The position numbers and the translations under genes are program-made. Source: Neoechinorhynchus agilis (taxonomy: Eukaryota > Animalia > Acanthocephala). From it: a stretch of 64,000 nucleotides of DNA. The stretch lies in the NCBI GenBank assembly GCA_051530055.1, contig CM121341.1, positions 5,992,784-6,056,783 on the forward strand, given 5' to 3'. The notes below the pieces were generated by a model that ran no database searches, was not told the origin of the DNA, and worked only from the letters and a program-made list of their open reading frames with translations. Positions 50,901 to 63,405 of this stretch are shown here, one piece after another (positions within the stretch are counted from its first letter, which is position 1; each line of letters begins with the position of its first letter).

Positions 50901-52200
50901 TGTATTTGCCGGATCACTTATATTTTCGGCATTTCTCTTCCTTATGATTGCACTGTTCACATTTAACCTTTTGAAGCCTACGAAAAAAATCTACACACAA
51001 GATTGTGAATGCTGCGAATGTGGAGGTGATATAGTGATGTCTTCATCATGTTCATCTACCGTTCAACCAAACGGAAGCGACGAGTTGGTCTATTGCTGCT
51101 CTCAATGTGAAACGTATCCACAAACGACCATTATACATTTAATGGACTCACTTATAGCAAAGCAAATCAATGGATTATCATTCGAGCCACAAGCGCATCA
51201 ATTCGAATCGTTAACATTTTCAACGGATATGCTAACCACAGTATGTGATGATTTCTTAAATCCTTCAATATCACTATCCTATGCGTTAGCAATTAGAAGT
51301 GACTTCCATAAAAATTTAGAAGCAATGTTAGCATTTTTAGACAAGCGTCACAAACTCCCAGATGAGCTAATTACTCAAATAATGCTGATTGAGTGGTTGT
51401 CGAACGCTTACATATCACAAGGCGAGTGTGATTTAATGGAGCTTCTAAATGATATCTTATCTTGGGATGGACAAGGGAACACAGTTTATGTAAGGTGCGG
51501 ACGAAATCTTTTTCCCGTTCAAATCGATCAACAGACGACATTCGCTCGACTAAATCTCCATCTTCAAAACCATATTCCGAATATAACGTCCATAAAAGCG
51601 CTTAGGATTGACGGAACTCTCCAAAGTCTTGCTTCTAGTGAGCGCACTGTAATTAGTCTTCTCAATGAGCCGACAGAACTTTTCCCGATTATTATGGTCA
51701 ATCAAAAAGTTAGTAACTATTATCATACACTGGATGGTAATTCAGGATGTCGCGAAACACATCAGCCCGACCAATTTATTATTCTAGCCGTTTTACTACT
51801 GACTTTGGGAAACGACGACATACAACAAGAAGAGGTGATTGAGCGTTTAAACTCGATATTGAAATCAGTTATTGGCGCAATTTTCAATCATATGGCGAAA
51901 AGGAAATGCCGAATTCTTAACACTTATATGTTCGAAATAAGTTCTGATATGATCGATACAGTGAAAAGATACGCAGGAGAGTTTGGGAATATACCAAATG
52001 CTAGCGACCGAATTATATATTTTGTAAATGAATGCCGATGGAGCGTGTTATTCCCATTTAAATGCTTCTCCAACAGCAGTATCTTAACAAAGTTTACCCA
52101 AAAGTGGTACAATAACGCAGTTAATCAAATCTACCGACATTCTAGGACAAAAAATGGCAAAATGTGTCAAGATTTAGTCGACCGAAGAGTGAAACGGTAA
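47983..52200 (+). CDS. Divergent plexin-like receptor: signal peptide, Sema-like, PSI, IPT repeats, TM, degenerate cytoplasmic region; about 4 exons
   Basis: Signal MLLLLIITMISSSSC; IDFIGQFSDQFNMYFLSVER and IRVPLE (Sema-like); CADQRNQVECSGQLKCTW...C (PSI); PKKCIASGGSTLSIFGNNLDIG and GGYIVSIRGTYLDAVQ (IPT); TM IVFAGSLIFSAFLFLMIALF; about 400-aa tail. Confidence 0.75.
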
Positions 52201-52494
52201 AGTTTTCAAGGGCGAAATGGGCTCTGTTCAAATATTTGGTCCACACTTGAGAATTTGTACAAGATTGATATGTGTACAAACAGTCGTGTATATTAATAAA
52301 GCGTTTGTTTATTAAGTTTTAATCATCGTGGCTCTAAGGGAACTTTCTACTCATTAAATGCACTCTTTAAAGGAATTGTGGAAAAAGGACGAGAAAATGT
52401 TTCACTGGGCCCTATTATGAAATTCAACAAAACTAACCACGAAGCGCTAGCTGTGAGCCCTTTTATCTACATAGCGAATAATTCAATCTACAAA

Positions 52495-53046
52495 TTTTTT
52501 TTATTATAAATCAATTTATTTTAAAATGATTAAATCGTCCCCCGGACGCTGACCGCATTTCCTCGTTGGATTGCGAGGCTTATTCTTTGTATCAGGAAAA
52601 TCCTTTCGCGCCGCTCCCCTGTTTCTGCTGCAAGTCGTCGTCCGAGTTCGGCACAAAAGCTTCGTGCCGAAGATCCCAGCGCCCCTTGTGTCGCCACGCC
52701 GAAAGGAAGGAAAATGTAATTTTGTTTCAGCTCATTGTATTTCTCCGCTTTCCTCCTTTCGGCGGCACTCGCTGCTCCTCCCGTCTCCGCTGTCCACGCA
52801 TTTTGCGTCCCAAATTAGACTCTTCCCTTCTTTCCAAGGGAAAACGGTTATACCGTCGGGACGCTTACCATCCGAGCGACAGAGGTGATTGGGCTCCAGG
52901 ATGGTTGGAACGTGGATCGAGTTCAGAGTTCTGCTAATGATCGCGTTGAGCTCTGCGTGCCTTGGGAAACGACCGCTCGATCTCTTGCAGTAGAGTCCAT
53001 GTCTCCCGAGCACGTCAACTTTTATTCCACATCGGCACTGGTCCAA
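52495..53046 (-). mobile_element. Second, internally deleted CRE-like 3' end (Zn knuckle plus RLE) with A tail
   Basis: [66 protein letters not shown], later IQRGNAVSVRGT; T-run 52495-52502. Confidence 0.85.
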
Positions 53047-53634
53047 CGCCCGAAACTGACTTAAATTTCAGTGCAGGATTCACACTCTTCCATACAACAA
53101 CAAAGAAGATGCCTCACGTATTGCAAAGTATTTTTAAATTACAGAATCGCTAATTGTTTCAGAATGTGCGATGAAGTCGAACAACGAATTGCACCAGTTT
53201 CACAATCATCGCGTTTTACCCCTTTGAAAAACACATCAAGTGCCTTGCATTGTTCATATTGCGATCATTTTTCCTCACAAATTTTAATACTTGGGCAAAA
53301 ATTATAAGAAAATCCGGACAAAACAATTTTTGTAGACTAAATGCAACAAAGAAATGCATTTTTGCTGCAGTTGGACACATGTGACAAAAAATTTCAGGTG
53401 TTTGATCTTCGTCCGATAGAACCTCGTTGGATTCTTTATATAATTAGGACGAGTTTCTTCTTAATTTAATACACCTTCTACCGTACAATGAACTGAATTT
53501 TTTTTATCACACGACAATGCATCAATTTTTTAGGTCAGATGAAATAAAGAAAAATGGTTTAATTTTATGTGGCTTAGATCGTTTAGGTCTGATGAAATAT
53601 TAAATCATTTCGCCTCATCAAAGACAATCTCTAT

Positions 53635-54192
53635 GTGTGGGCAAAATCTTTACAACATATTAATTTTTTAACGAATCATATTTTTTCATTTACGCACCCA
53701 ACAACAAAACGTTTCAAATCTGGCATCTATGCCATGTTTGCAGTGGGAACACTCAATCCGGAATCATTATTTGAAATTAGATTCCTGCAAGAATTGGGCG
53801 TTCTTAAAAGAGTATACACTCAGGTATTTGTGTTCTTGCCTTACTCAGTCTTTCACCAAAAAAAAGAGATCCTCAAATACGTGGATTTTAATTATGTGGC
53901 CAACATTCATGGTCTAATTTCAGTTTATACTCTTTTTGTAACAACAAAACGTTTCAACACCAACGTCCACGAAGAAGAGCTTTTTTCAGTGATCGCGACC
54001 ACGCTCGTTGCGTTTCCCTGTTTTCTATCGCGACCACACGATGTTTTGGCGCAGGAAGGCACCAGCTCTTGTATTTCCTGTCTTGCCCTGGAGTCTATTC
54101 TGCAAAACTCCTTCGTAAATCTAAGTGCCGAGCTACCGAAAATTGTGTTTCGATTCTTTCTGTATTATGAAGTACACATTGAAAATCAGTGA
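53635..54192 (+). CDS. Unidentified 185-aa ORF
   Basis: Long ORF only; contains a 17-bp direct repeat ACAACAAAACGTTTCAA at 53701 and 53941. Confidence 0.25.
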   Translation: MWAKSLQHINFLTNHIFSFTHPTTKRFKSGIYAMFAVGTLNPESLFEIRFLQELGVLKRVYTQVFVFLPYSVFHQKKEILKYVDFNYVANIHGLISVYTLFVTTKRFNTNVHEEELFSVIATTLVAFPCFLSRPHDVLAQEGTSSCISCLALESILQNSFVNLSAELPKIVFRFFLYYEVHIENQ

Positions 54193-54564
54193 ATTTTTAA
54201 GCGTTCAAAATCGCTACTAGTCAGGGAGAGAATGTAAGTGGAGTCGCTTAAATGCGAAGCGCTGCTCGATGAAGACTATATTGTTTAGGTCCTTCGATAG
54301 TCATTAAAAGGTTAGAATATCATGTCCGATAGGTTCGATACGTAGTAATTATAAGCAAAACTTTGGTCGATTTCACATCTTTTAGTGTAGAGAACTCTAT
54401 CAATTTATTTGTGTCGAGAACGATAAACATCATCAAAGTTTGAAGAATAGAATATACGCCGCGGCGATTTCACACATTAAATCACTTCGAAACCAACATG
54501 AATTTGTGCCTAAAAATCAGTTTAAGAAAGAAGCACATCGATTAGCCGGTTTTTTGTTATAGAT

Positions 54565-55071
54565 ATGAGTATAAGACTCAACCACGGACTAAATGGCCGG
54601 ATGCATTTTTTCCTACAACTGCGCTCTATCAGATCCAAGTGCGGTTTTTATGAGCAACATGAAAACCCCAGATATTGGGCTATAGACGGGCGGCAGTTTC
54701 AATTCAAGGAGAAAGGAGCCCCGGCGTCTGCTCCACTCGTGAACATATCAAGAGGATGTGACCTTAAGGGATGGAGGATTCGAACGGTCAATATCGGTTG
54801 TACGGATCGACCATTTTACCTGTTAGTTGTACAGAGGCAAGCCGAGGATTTCGACGATCCTTACTCTGAACAGTTGGGTGCCTATGACCCTTTAAGAAAC
54901 AAATACGGCGAACGATTGATGGCTCTTAATGTGGATCGGTTTAGATTCTGGATAACCGAAGGAGCTGAACCTACAAAAACGGTTCGTCGTTTGTTGGGAT
55001 TAGCAGGAGTCTTGCCCATTCACCCAAAGTCTTATTTGGCTGCATGGCGAAGACGGACTTTGGGATCTTGA
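54565..55071 (+). CDS. MRPS16: Mitochondrial ribosomal protein S16 (bS16m)
   Basis: IGCTDRPFYLLVV, EQLGAYDPLRNKYGERLMALNVDRFRFWI..GA, LLGLAGVLPIHP. Confidence 0.92.
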   Translation: MSIRLNHGLNGRMHFFLQLRSIRSKCGFYEQHENPRYWAIDGRQFQFKEKGAPASAPLVNISRGCDLKGWRIRTVNIGCTDRPFYLLVVQRQAEDFDDPYSEQLGAYDPLRNKYGERLMALNVDRFRFWITEGAEPTKTVRRLLGLAGVLPIHPKSYLAAWRRRTLGS

Positions 55072-55340
55072 GGTCGCAAAAATTGTAGCAAAGAAGCGTA
55101 TTAAAAGTATTGATACTTGATCTTCAGACTCGTTTTGCACCGACCATTATTTTGTCCGACAATTATTTTTGTAAGGCAAATAAGTTGTTGTTTTTTGGCA
55201 ATCAACTCCCGCACCGCCCGAACGCACAGATATTCTACGATTATGTATTCGAGAGAGTCGGAGAAAAGCGTGTGAATGGTGTGTGTGTGTGAACATTGTG
55301 TTATGGACTTTGCTTATTTTCACATACAGTCTTTCTCGCT

Positions 55341-58300
55341 TTATTCAAAATGCACACCATAGTTCGTTGTGCATTTTCTGACCATCTCATCCGTGGCCAG
55401 AATTCTCTTGGCTTTCGTCGAAACGACGTTTCCCACTAATCCTGCCTCTTGTGCCCTTCTGAGCATGTTTCCGACTGCTTGCACACATCCGCCCTCTTGC
55501 CTGATCGGTTCATATATCTCTTCGATACTGATACCGAGGTCTTCGTGTGCTAACAGCGGCACTAAACTCGCTCCAACGTACTCGTACACTAAGGGAACGT
55601 CCAAAATGAGACTCTCGGCTGCAGCCCAAAAAAGGTGAACGCCTTCAACAAAGGACTGTCGTGGCATCGTTTTTGTCTTCACAGCATGACAAAGAATCTT
55701 CGTCCACTGTACAACGTCCGATTCCCGCTTATCGCACGCAATGTCGAACCCTTTGCACACTATAGCACTCCATATTTTTAAGAGCAAATTCGGTTGATTC
55801 GTGAGTCCAGTCGTGATATTCGACAGACTTTTAAGAGCTACATCCATGTCGGCTGACTTAAGATACATGTTTATGATCTTATCTCCAGTATTGTCCAATT
55901 GTTGCAGCCGTTGATTATATAACATTTCTGGATCGTGTACTTTAGTAGCACGACCAAAACCTTCCGGACGACGGTCGAATTGAAGATCTGCTCCACGTGG
56001 AGGCCTCATTGTCTTTGCCTCATCCATCAACTTCCCCTGTGACGAAGTCTTCGATACCCATCCATTCGCTCTTCGATTTCTAAGATCGTCAAACATCCAC
56101 CTAACACGACGATCGTCATCCAGATGATCCAATTCCTTGTCAATATTGCTTAAAAATTTCGGAAGAAGATTTTCTTTACTAGTTTTGTCCAACCGTTCTC
56201 CTATTACACCCAATAATTTGATCATCGATTCAAGCTGCCATTCCTGTACAAACTTTTCGTCTTCGGCCGGCTTAAGGAGGCGTTCTGCGCAGTTCTTAAT
56301 GATGCGTTCATTGAGGACTCCTATGAGGAATAAATGTCCTATAAATTCTGTAAGACCTAGATATTTCCGTTTTCGCATCGAAAATAGCTCATTGTACACA
56401 GATTGGCAATGGTTTCGATCTGCTTCACTTGTGGCCGAGTCTCTTTTGGCCAACATTTTCGACAGCTCCCCGTCTTCGGAGAACTTGGTTTTGAACGCGT
56501 TCTCGACTCGTTTTAAAAGAAGAACTTTGAACTTAAGAACTGAGACCTTAGGAGCTTCTTCTGCTTCGTTCACAGGGTCCGAATACCGGAAACTGACATT
56601 TGAACACAGATATTGTGCAATGCGTGCATATATGGATCGATACTGTGGTTCATATACGGCTTTGTCAAAGATTATCTCCATTGGCCCATTCATATCGTCT
56701 GGACTTCTGAACTCTAGTTTACGAATCTCCTGCATGACATTTGGTTCATTTTCAGGGGATACTTTGTTTAATAGTTCTCTAAATCGTTTCTCCATTAATT
56801 GACTTTCTGTTAGCTCTGACTTGTCTAATACCTTATAAGGATTATTGGTTCGATGGAGTTGGACTTCAGGTTGAATTGGATTGTAATATCGCTGGCTACC
56901 GCGCCTTGGACCGAAATATTGCCGCTGACCTTGGGTCCTTTGCAACCGACTACTTGCCGTGCGTCGTGCCCCGGACGCCATCGCACCAACAAACACGTCT
57001 CTCGATTTGAGTAAAACGTCTGTCAGATTGCCAGAAATCGTTGCAAGCATGGCTACAGATTTATCAAGGAAAAATTCTGGCCGTTCGCGTGTTTGTTGAT
57101 TGATATAACAATTAAGCACAAAGTCTCTAGTGTACATTCTCTGCTCTCCCTCTTTCAATTTACTGTTCACAACGACAACGTCTTCATCATCACTGCTGGT
57201 GCATGGTCCATTTTCATCCACACCTGCCATATTCGTTTCATCATCGTCACTGAGCATAGCGCCTTCAACGGCCACTTCGAACATACCGCCTTCCGTATTT
57301 GTAAAAGACTCTGGAAACCAATTTTTAGTGGTTGGTTCATTGCCGCTGCCGCTGCTGAACTGGTTTCTCAATTCGTCCTTTTCTTTAGTGTCACCATCAG
57401 ATACGGTAGTAAGGGAAGCAAGAAATTCCTCGACGGCTTCATCCAAAACTTCTTGACCAGTAGATTTCGAAATAAACGATTCGATCGCTTGATCCTGTTT
57501 AATTTCATGATGCGGAGCAACCTGGACACCATCCTCTACTTCGTACATGGCATGTTCAAAGCGTCGCTGTACGACCGCCTCTAGTAGGTTAGGTGCGATT
57601 TCTGCCCTCAATTTAGTCGCTGATTTCCTTTGAGCTACTGGTCCTCCAATTACAATCTCCTGCATTGTTTCTGGATCTACGATCTTGAGTCGATTGATCC
57701 GCCGTGGTTGTAACGGTTGAACTGGAGCTTGACTCTGCTCCACTCGTGTGAAGTCCACCACTGGTTCCCGATGGACGCGCCCTGAGTGTTGATTTGCAAA
57801 AGTGTTGTGTTGTGGATAATAGGTCATTGCCGACACGACCGGTGAAGACTGATGAGCTACCGTGCTCGCGGCATTAACGAGATGAGATTGTGGCACCATA
57901 ATTGATGCGGCGGCGGCACCCACCAATGGGCCAAACATATTGGGTGATTGTAGTCCAGGCTGGTGATTGAGCAAATACGGTTGGTACAACTGCGATTGAC
58001 TCGCAAAAAGTTCTGTATGTTTTCCGGACTATGATGATATAGAGTAGTAATGGGCGCCGCCGCCGCCGCAGCATTCGTTTGAGCCAGTTGACGGTACAAA
58101 GCTTGATTGAACGCGTTTGTCAGTTGCGCTGAAGTTATATCGGGATTCTGCTGGGCTGTTTGTGGTTGCTGAGCCAGAGGAGGCACTGCGAATGCGAACG
58201 GACTGACCAATGCTTGATTTGCAGCAGCAGCAGCAGCATGGGAAGAGTGGCCGAATGGAAACGCCGGTGGTTGCGGCACCATTGATGGACTGCCAACGGG

Positions 58301-58429
58301 AAAGCCGTGATATTGCACAAATGCCTGTCGTGTTCGGGCTTGCTGTGCTCTTCCCGTGTTGTTGGCCGCCGCCGAGTCGGATCCACTTAGAGCCGCTGTG
58401 GTTGTAATTGAAACGTTCGAGTTCTCCAT
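55341..58429 (-). CDS. EIF4G: Translation initiation factor eIF4G (4E-binding motif, MIF4G, MA3)
   Basis: YTRDFVL (YxxxxLphi-like), FRELLNKVSPEN, IFDKAVYEP.YRSIYARI, KYLGLTEFIGHLF, RVRWMFDDLRNRRANGW, MA3-like LILDVPLVYEY. The N-terminal A/Q-rich part (ATG 58429) is in a different frame from the main ORF. Confidence 0.92.
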
Positions 58430-59329
58430 AACAATCTGAAACGCACACAAAAAACCAATGAACGGCGAGAGACGATTTGTGCGGCGAATGCACACTTTGA
58501 GATCACACGATGCGCCTTTGTTGAAAATTCCACTGGTACTCTAAAGACGTTTCAACTGATTTGACGACGCACAAGAAGATTTGAGAACAAAAAATGACAC
58601 ATGGAAAAATCAAAAAGCGTTCGGACACGAAAGAAACGTGTTTTCAAATTTTGAAGTGAATCAGTTTTGGGCCTGGGCAATCGGCATATTTCAGTTAATT
58701 GCGTGCACACACACACACAAACGATCCTCCAATGAGATACGGAAATACGAAAGAACACAAATATTTTTTGGACTTTGCACCAAGTGCATATAGGCAAAGT
58801 TTCAAGAAATCAGATTGACCATCAAATTGTACAATACTTAAACTTTAAAAAACAGAGTCGACACACGCGGGAGCGAATCTTGACGATCACAAGAGAGTAC
58901 GAACGTTTTCTATCATCAAATTCAGAAGCGACAAAGTGCGTGACCGTCGGCGCCTTCCGCGGAAGAATCTCTGTCAATAGACTGTTAGAAGAAAAAAAAA
59001 CGTCATCGGTCGTGTAATAGTCAAACGTTTCGTGTGTGTGTGTGTCGACGACACTGAAGCACAGCATTCAATTGCTTCTAATCGTCTTAGAAAACGGAAG
59101 CCGCAATGGAGCCATACGAAAATCATCCAGCAAGTCGCGAATCGGACAATTCTTCCATAACTACATTCATAATATCTTAGGTTAGCAGCGCAAGAGATTT
59201 ATGTTTGGCCCTTTGATAGAAAAGCAAAACGATTGTGCGTTTGAGATTCAAAATCGTTTTGAATATGATAGTGGCCCTTAAACATTGTAGACAAGAAATC
59301 GCCATTTTGAGTTTTAGATTCATTGCACA

Positions 59330-61789
59330 ATGTTTCCTAGTGAATACTTTGGATCAATCGGGCAACTGAGTTATGAGGGAATCAGGATAATTAGAGATCA
59401 TAAGATTTTAGAGCTAATCCAACAGTACAGGGAAACGCCCGAAAGTGAACCTAGGCGTCTATTGGATTTATTGACTCTTCGCCTGGAATCTTCTGTTGGG
59501 CATTTAGTCGATGAATACATGAAACAATCGGTGGGTACTGAGCTTAAATCATCGCAAGAAGCGATTGAATGCTGCGAAGTTGCTAAGACGAAATTTCGTG
59601 CACTCAAGACAGCTAAACGCGATATGATTGAAGGCAATTGGCTTATAATATTGGATGGATTTAATGCAGCTATTCGGTTAGGTGATCCTAACGATAAGGC
59701 GTTTCTTGCAGTTCAATATGGCAACAGATGTGCAGTCTTTATGGAGATGCAACTGTACGACGAAGGGATCAATGATGCTATTCGTTCATTGACTTTAATG
59801 GACGAAGTGGACGAAGTGGACAGAAGTTCGTTGCCTTCGATGTTCCGGCAGAAAATGCAAAGAAGACTTCGAGAATGTGAGAGAAGGAAATTGGACGAGG
59901 CAAGAAATGATGATGTGACTAAACAGATCCATCGATCAATAGTTATTAGTAGCAGTTCCGCCGATAAGCAATCGCTGGCCCGTTTAGCATATGATGGGGA
60001 GGGTAGGAAGATGGTTGCAGTTCGGGATATTAGGCCAGGTGAAATAATCATCCACGAAAAACCATTTGTCTCGGTGCTAAGAAATATTGCCACAATGAGT
60101 TCGCATTGCGACTACTGTGTTCGTATACTCGAAAACAAACATTTTGTCCCGTGTAATCGGTGCAGACTATGTATTTATTGCGACGATGAATGCAAGAAAA
60201 TGGCTTGGGATGAATATCATAAAATTGACTGTCAACTTAGATCTGGTCTGATCGATCAGGAGCAGGATTTTCCTTCTAGAAGACTGGCTCTTCGGGTGGC
60301 TTTAAAGTCTTTTCACGTTGAGGGTCATGAACGGATTAGAGGGAAAAGGCAGCGAAGTCTATTCACACAATTAAAAAAGGTATTCTCCTAAAGTCGACTA
60401 TTCTTATTTTCACAAAGCGTGAAACAGTGAACCTATATTTTCTCAAAATTTTTGTATCGCTGAATATGTTGGCAATGTTTGTAGGTTACTACAACCGATG
60501 ATCAGAATTGGCCCCAGTGTACAATCTAATCTGGAGATTATTGTCTAAAAATATTCTTATTCGAGGTTTTTTATCAAAATGGCAATGATCATAATCGATT
60601 TGCCTAATCGTAGTTGTCGGGAGCTGCAAATATTTTATGTTAATAGTATTTTTCAAGAACAGAGACGACAAACATTGGCTTCTCTTAAGTTCGATTTGAA
60701 CTGTCCTTAGGATGGCCAGTTTTAAATGTAAACCTTCGAATTCCTTTACAACTGAACTTCCAAATATGGAATAAAAAGCTTAAATGCCCATTTGTCGTGA
60801 TTTAGAAATCCATACGGTAATATGTAAACATATTATTAACTCTCATGTTTGGTCGAAACAAACATTAAGAACGTTGCCTACACTGCGTTTGGCGACTGGA
60901 AAAACCAGATCAGTGCATCTATCAAGCACTTGAAATTTTGAAGCCTGTTTGATAGTCCGTCCATGAATTTCAGAAGGAGTACGAAGCGATCCGCACTCTA
61001 GTAACGAATGTTCACCTTCGCTCAGATGAGGACCTTTGCGAACGTCTAGTAATTTCCTACATATATCTACAATTCGCAACCGTCGGATTCGGCCACGAGA
61101 ATTCCATTAGAAAACGATACATTTTATTTGATCGAATCCTGAAAAGCATGTGCTCCGTACCGACAAATGCTCATCAACTCGCAGAACCTGATAGTCATCT
61201 CCGCGGAAACATAAATATAGTAGCAGCTGGTCTCTTTTACAAATTCAGTATGTTCAATCACAGTTGTTTCCCCAACATCCTCCGATGTTCATCTGAGCGA
61301 ATGCGATGCTCGAACCTCGTCATGGTGGCAAGTCGTCCGATTAAAGAGGGCGAACAACTCTACGATTGCTATAGTCAATTGTTTCTTCTCGAGGAATTTG
61401 AAAAGAGGAGGAAAAACATTAAACGTCAATACCTATTCGAGTGCCAATGCATTGCATGTATTAAACGATGGCCTATTGCTGATTTATCTCTTCTCGGCAC
61501 TGAATGCTTTGATAACGAATCTGTGATGAAACAATTAAGTGTTCTGGGCCAACAAAATAATAAGGAATTCAAACAACTGTACGAACGCTTTGCTACGATA
61601 TTTTATGCCTTGTCTGGATCCATAGAGATAATCTGGGATCAGCAATGTTTCCTCGATTTGTGCACGTTTATTGAAGTAGCTGACGGTTTTCTAATGGAAG
61701 GAAAGGTGTGGCTTCCTCTGCATGTCGCAATAGAGACCCTTAACCAACTCCTTACCTTTGTCAAATTCAAGTTTTCCTCTGAAGAATGA
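59330..61789 (+). CDS. SET and MYND domain protein with N-terminal TPR, SMYD4-like, multi-exon
   Basis: TPR LAVQYGNRCAVFMEMQLY, GRKMVAVRDIRPGEIIIHEKP, MYND CDYC...PCNRCRLCIYCDDECKKMAWDEYHKIDC, SMFNHSCFPN, EQLYDCY, post-SET YLFECQCIAC. Confidence 0.9.
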
Positions 61790-61979
61790 GACTAGTTCCG
61801 ACCGCCAAAAATGCAGTGAAAAAATTGTAAGAGTTCCAGTTTTTTGTGGTGACTGGGAGACACTTTTTAAGATTTCGTTTTTTAAGGCATTTCCATCGAT
61901 TATCAGAAGTTAATTAAATGGTCGAAAAAGCAAAACTACGCTAAAACATAAAGGTGCGACATCGAAATAGTTTTCTTTC

Positions 61980-63404
61980 AGTCCATTTTGATCCACTGAT
62001 TACGAATATAGTCTTCTTTTGCCCGTAGCTACCACGGTTCATGCGATCTATGAAATTCGCTTAAACTTCACCGTTGGTCCTCGAAGTAGTGTCTGTCCAG
62101 TCCATTTCGATCCGCGCGTTCCAAATATTGTCTTCTTTTCCCCGTAGTCACCACGGTTCATGAGATCAATGAACTTCGCTTAAACTTGACCGGTGACCCT
62201 CGAAGTAGCGTCCGTCCAGTCCATTTCGATCCGCGCGTTCTAAATATTGTCTTCTTTTCCCCGTAGCTATTGCGGTTCATGAGATCTATGAACTTCGCTT
62301 GAACTTTACCGTTGGTCCTCGAAGTAGTGTCTGTCCAGTCCATTTCGATCCACCGATTGCAAATATGGTCTTCTTTTGCCCGTTGCTACCACGGTTCATG
62401 AGATCTATCAACTTCGCTTAAATTTCACCGTTGGTCCTCGAAATAGTGTCCGTCAAGTCCATTTCGAAACGTCCATTCCAAACATAGTATTATTTTCATC
62501 GCAGCAACTACGTTTAATGAGATCTATGAACCTCGCTTAAACTTGACCGCGGGTCCTAGAAGTAATGTCCCTCTAGTCCATTTTGATAAACTGATTCCAA
62601 TTATGGTCTTCTTTTCATCCTAGCTACCACGTTTCATGAGATCTATGAACTTCGCTTATACTTGATCGCTGGTCCTTGAGGCAGTGTCCGTCTAGTTCAT
62701 TTTGATCCACTGATTCCAAATATGGTTTTCTTCTCCCCGTAGCTACAACGGTCCATGAGATATATGAACTTTCATTCAACCAGGCCGTTGGTTGTCAAAG
62801 TAGTGTCCGTCTAGTCCATTTTGATCGACTGATTCCAAATATCGTCTCGATCTATGAACTTCGCTTAAACTTGACGGTCGGTCCTCGAAGTAGTGTCCGT
62901 CTAGTCCATTGCGATCCGCTGATTCCTAATATGGTCTTCTTTTCCCGGTAGCTATTGCGGTTCATGAGATCATTGAACTTCGCTTAAACTTCACCGTTGG
63001 TCCTCAAAGTAGTGTCCGTCAAGTCCATTTTGATACGCGCATTTCAAATATAGTATTCTTTTCTCCGTAGCTACTACGTTTCATGAAATCTATGAAATTC
63101 GCTTAAACTCGACCGTTGGTCCTCGAATTAGTGTCCGTCTAATCCATTTCGATCCGCTGATTCGAAATATGGTCTTCTTTTCAAAGTAACTATCACGGTT
63201 AATGAGATCTATGAACTTCGCTTAAATTTCACCGTTGGTCCTCGAAGTTGTGTCGGTCTAGTCCATTTTAATCCGCCGTAGCTACCACGATTTATGAGAT
63301 ATATGAACTTTCCTTCAACCTTGTCGTTGGTCTTCGAAGTAGTGTCCGTCTAGTCCATTTCGATCCGCTGATTCCAAATATGGTCTTCTCTTTCCCCTAG
63401 CTAC
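61980..63404. repeat. Diverged tandem satellite, 119-bp unit, about 12 copies, two shortened units
   Basis: ATCTATGAAC-like anchors at 62046, 62165, 62284, 62403, 62522, 62641, 62760, 62850, 62969, 63088, 63207 and 63299. Confidence 0.97.
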
Positions 63405-63405
63405 C

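Noticed and set aside
55369-58407. Plus-strand ORFs of 65-221 aa over eIF4G; similar antisense ORFs over ZnT1, XRN2, SMYD, ferlin and the CRE fragments
   Set aside because: Antisense shadows of real coding sequence.
61980-63404. 5S rRNA array, suggested by the 119-bp unit
   Set aside because: No similarity to 5S rRNA or its internal promoter on either strand.
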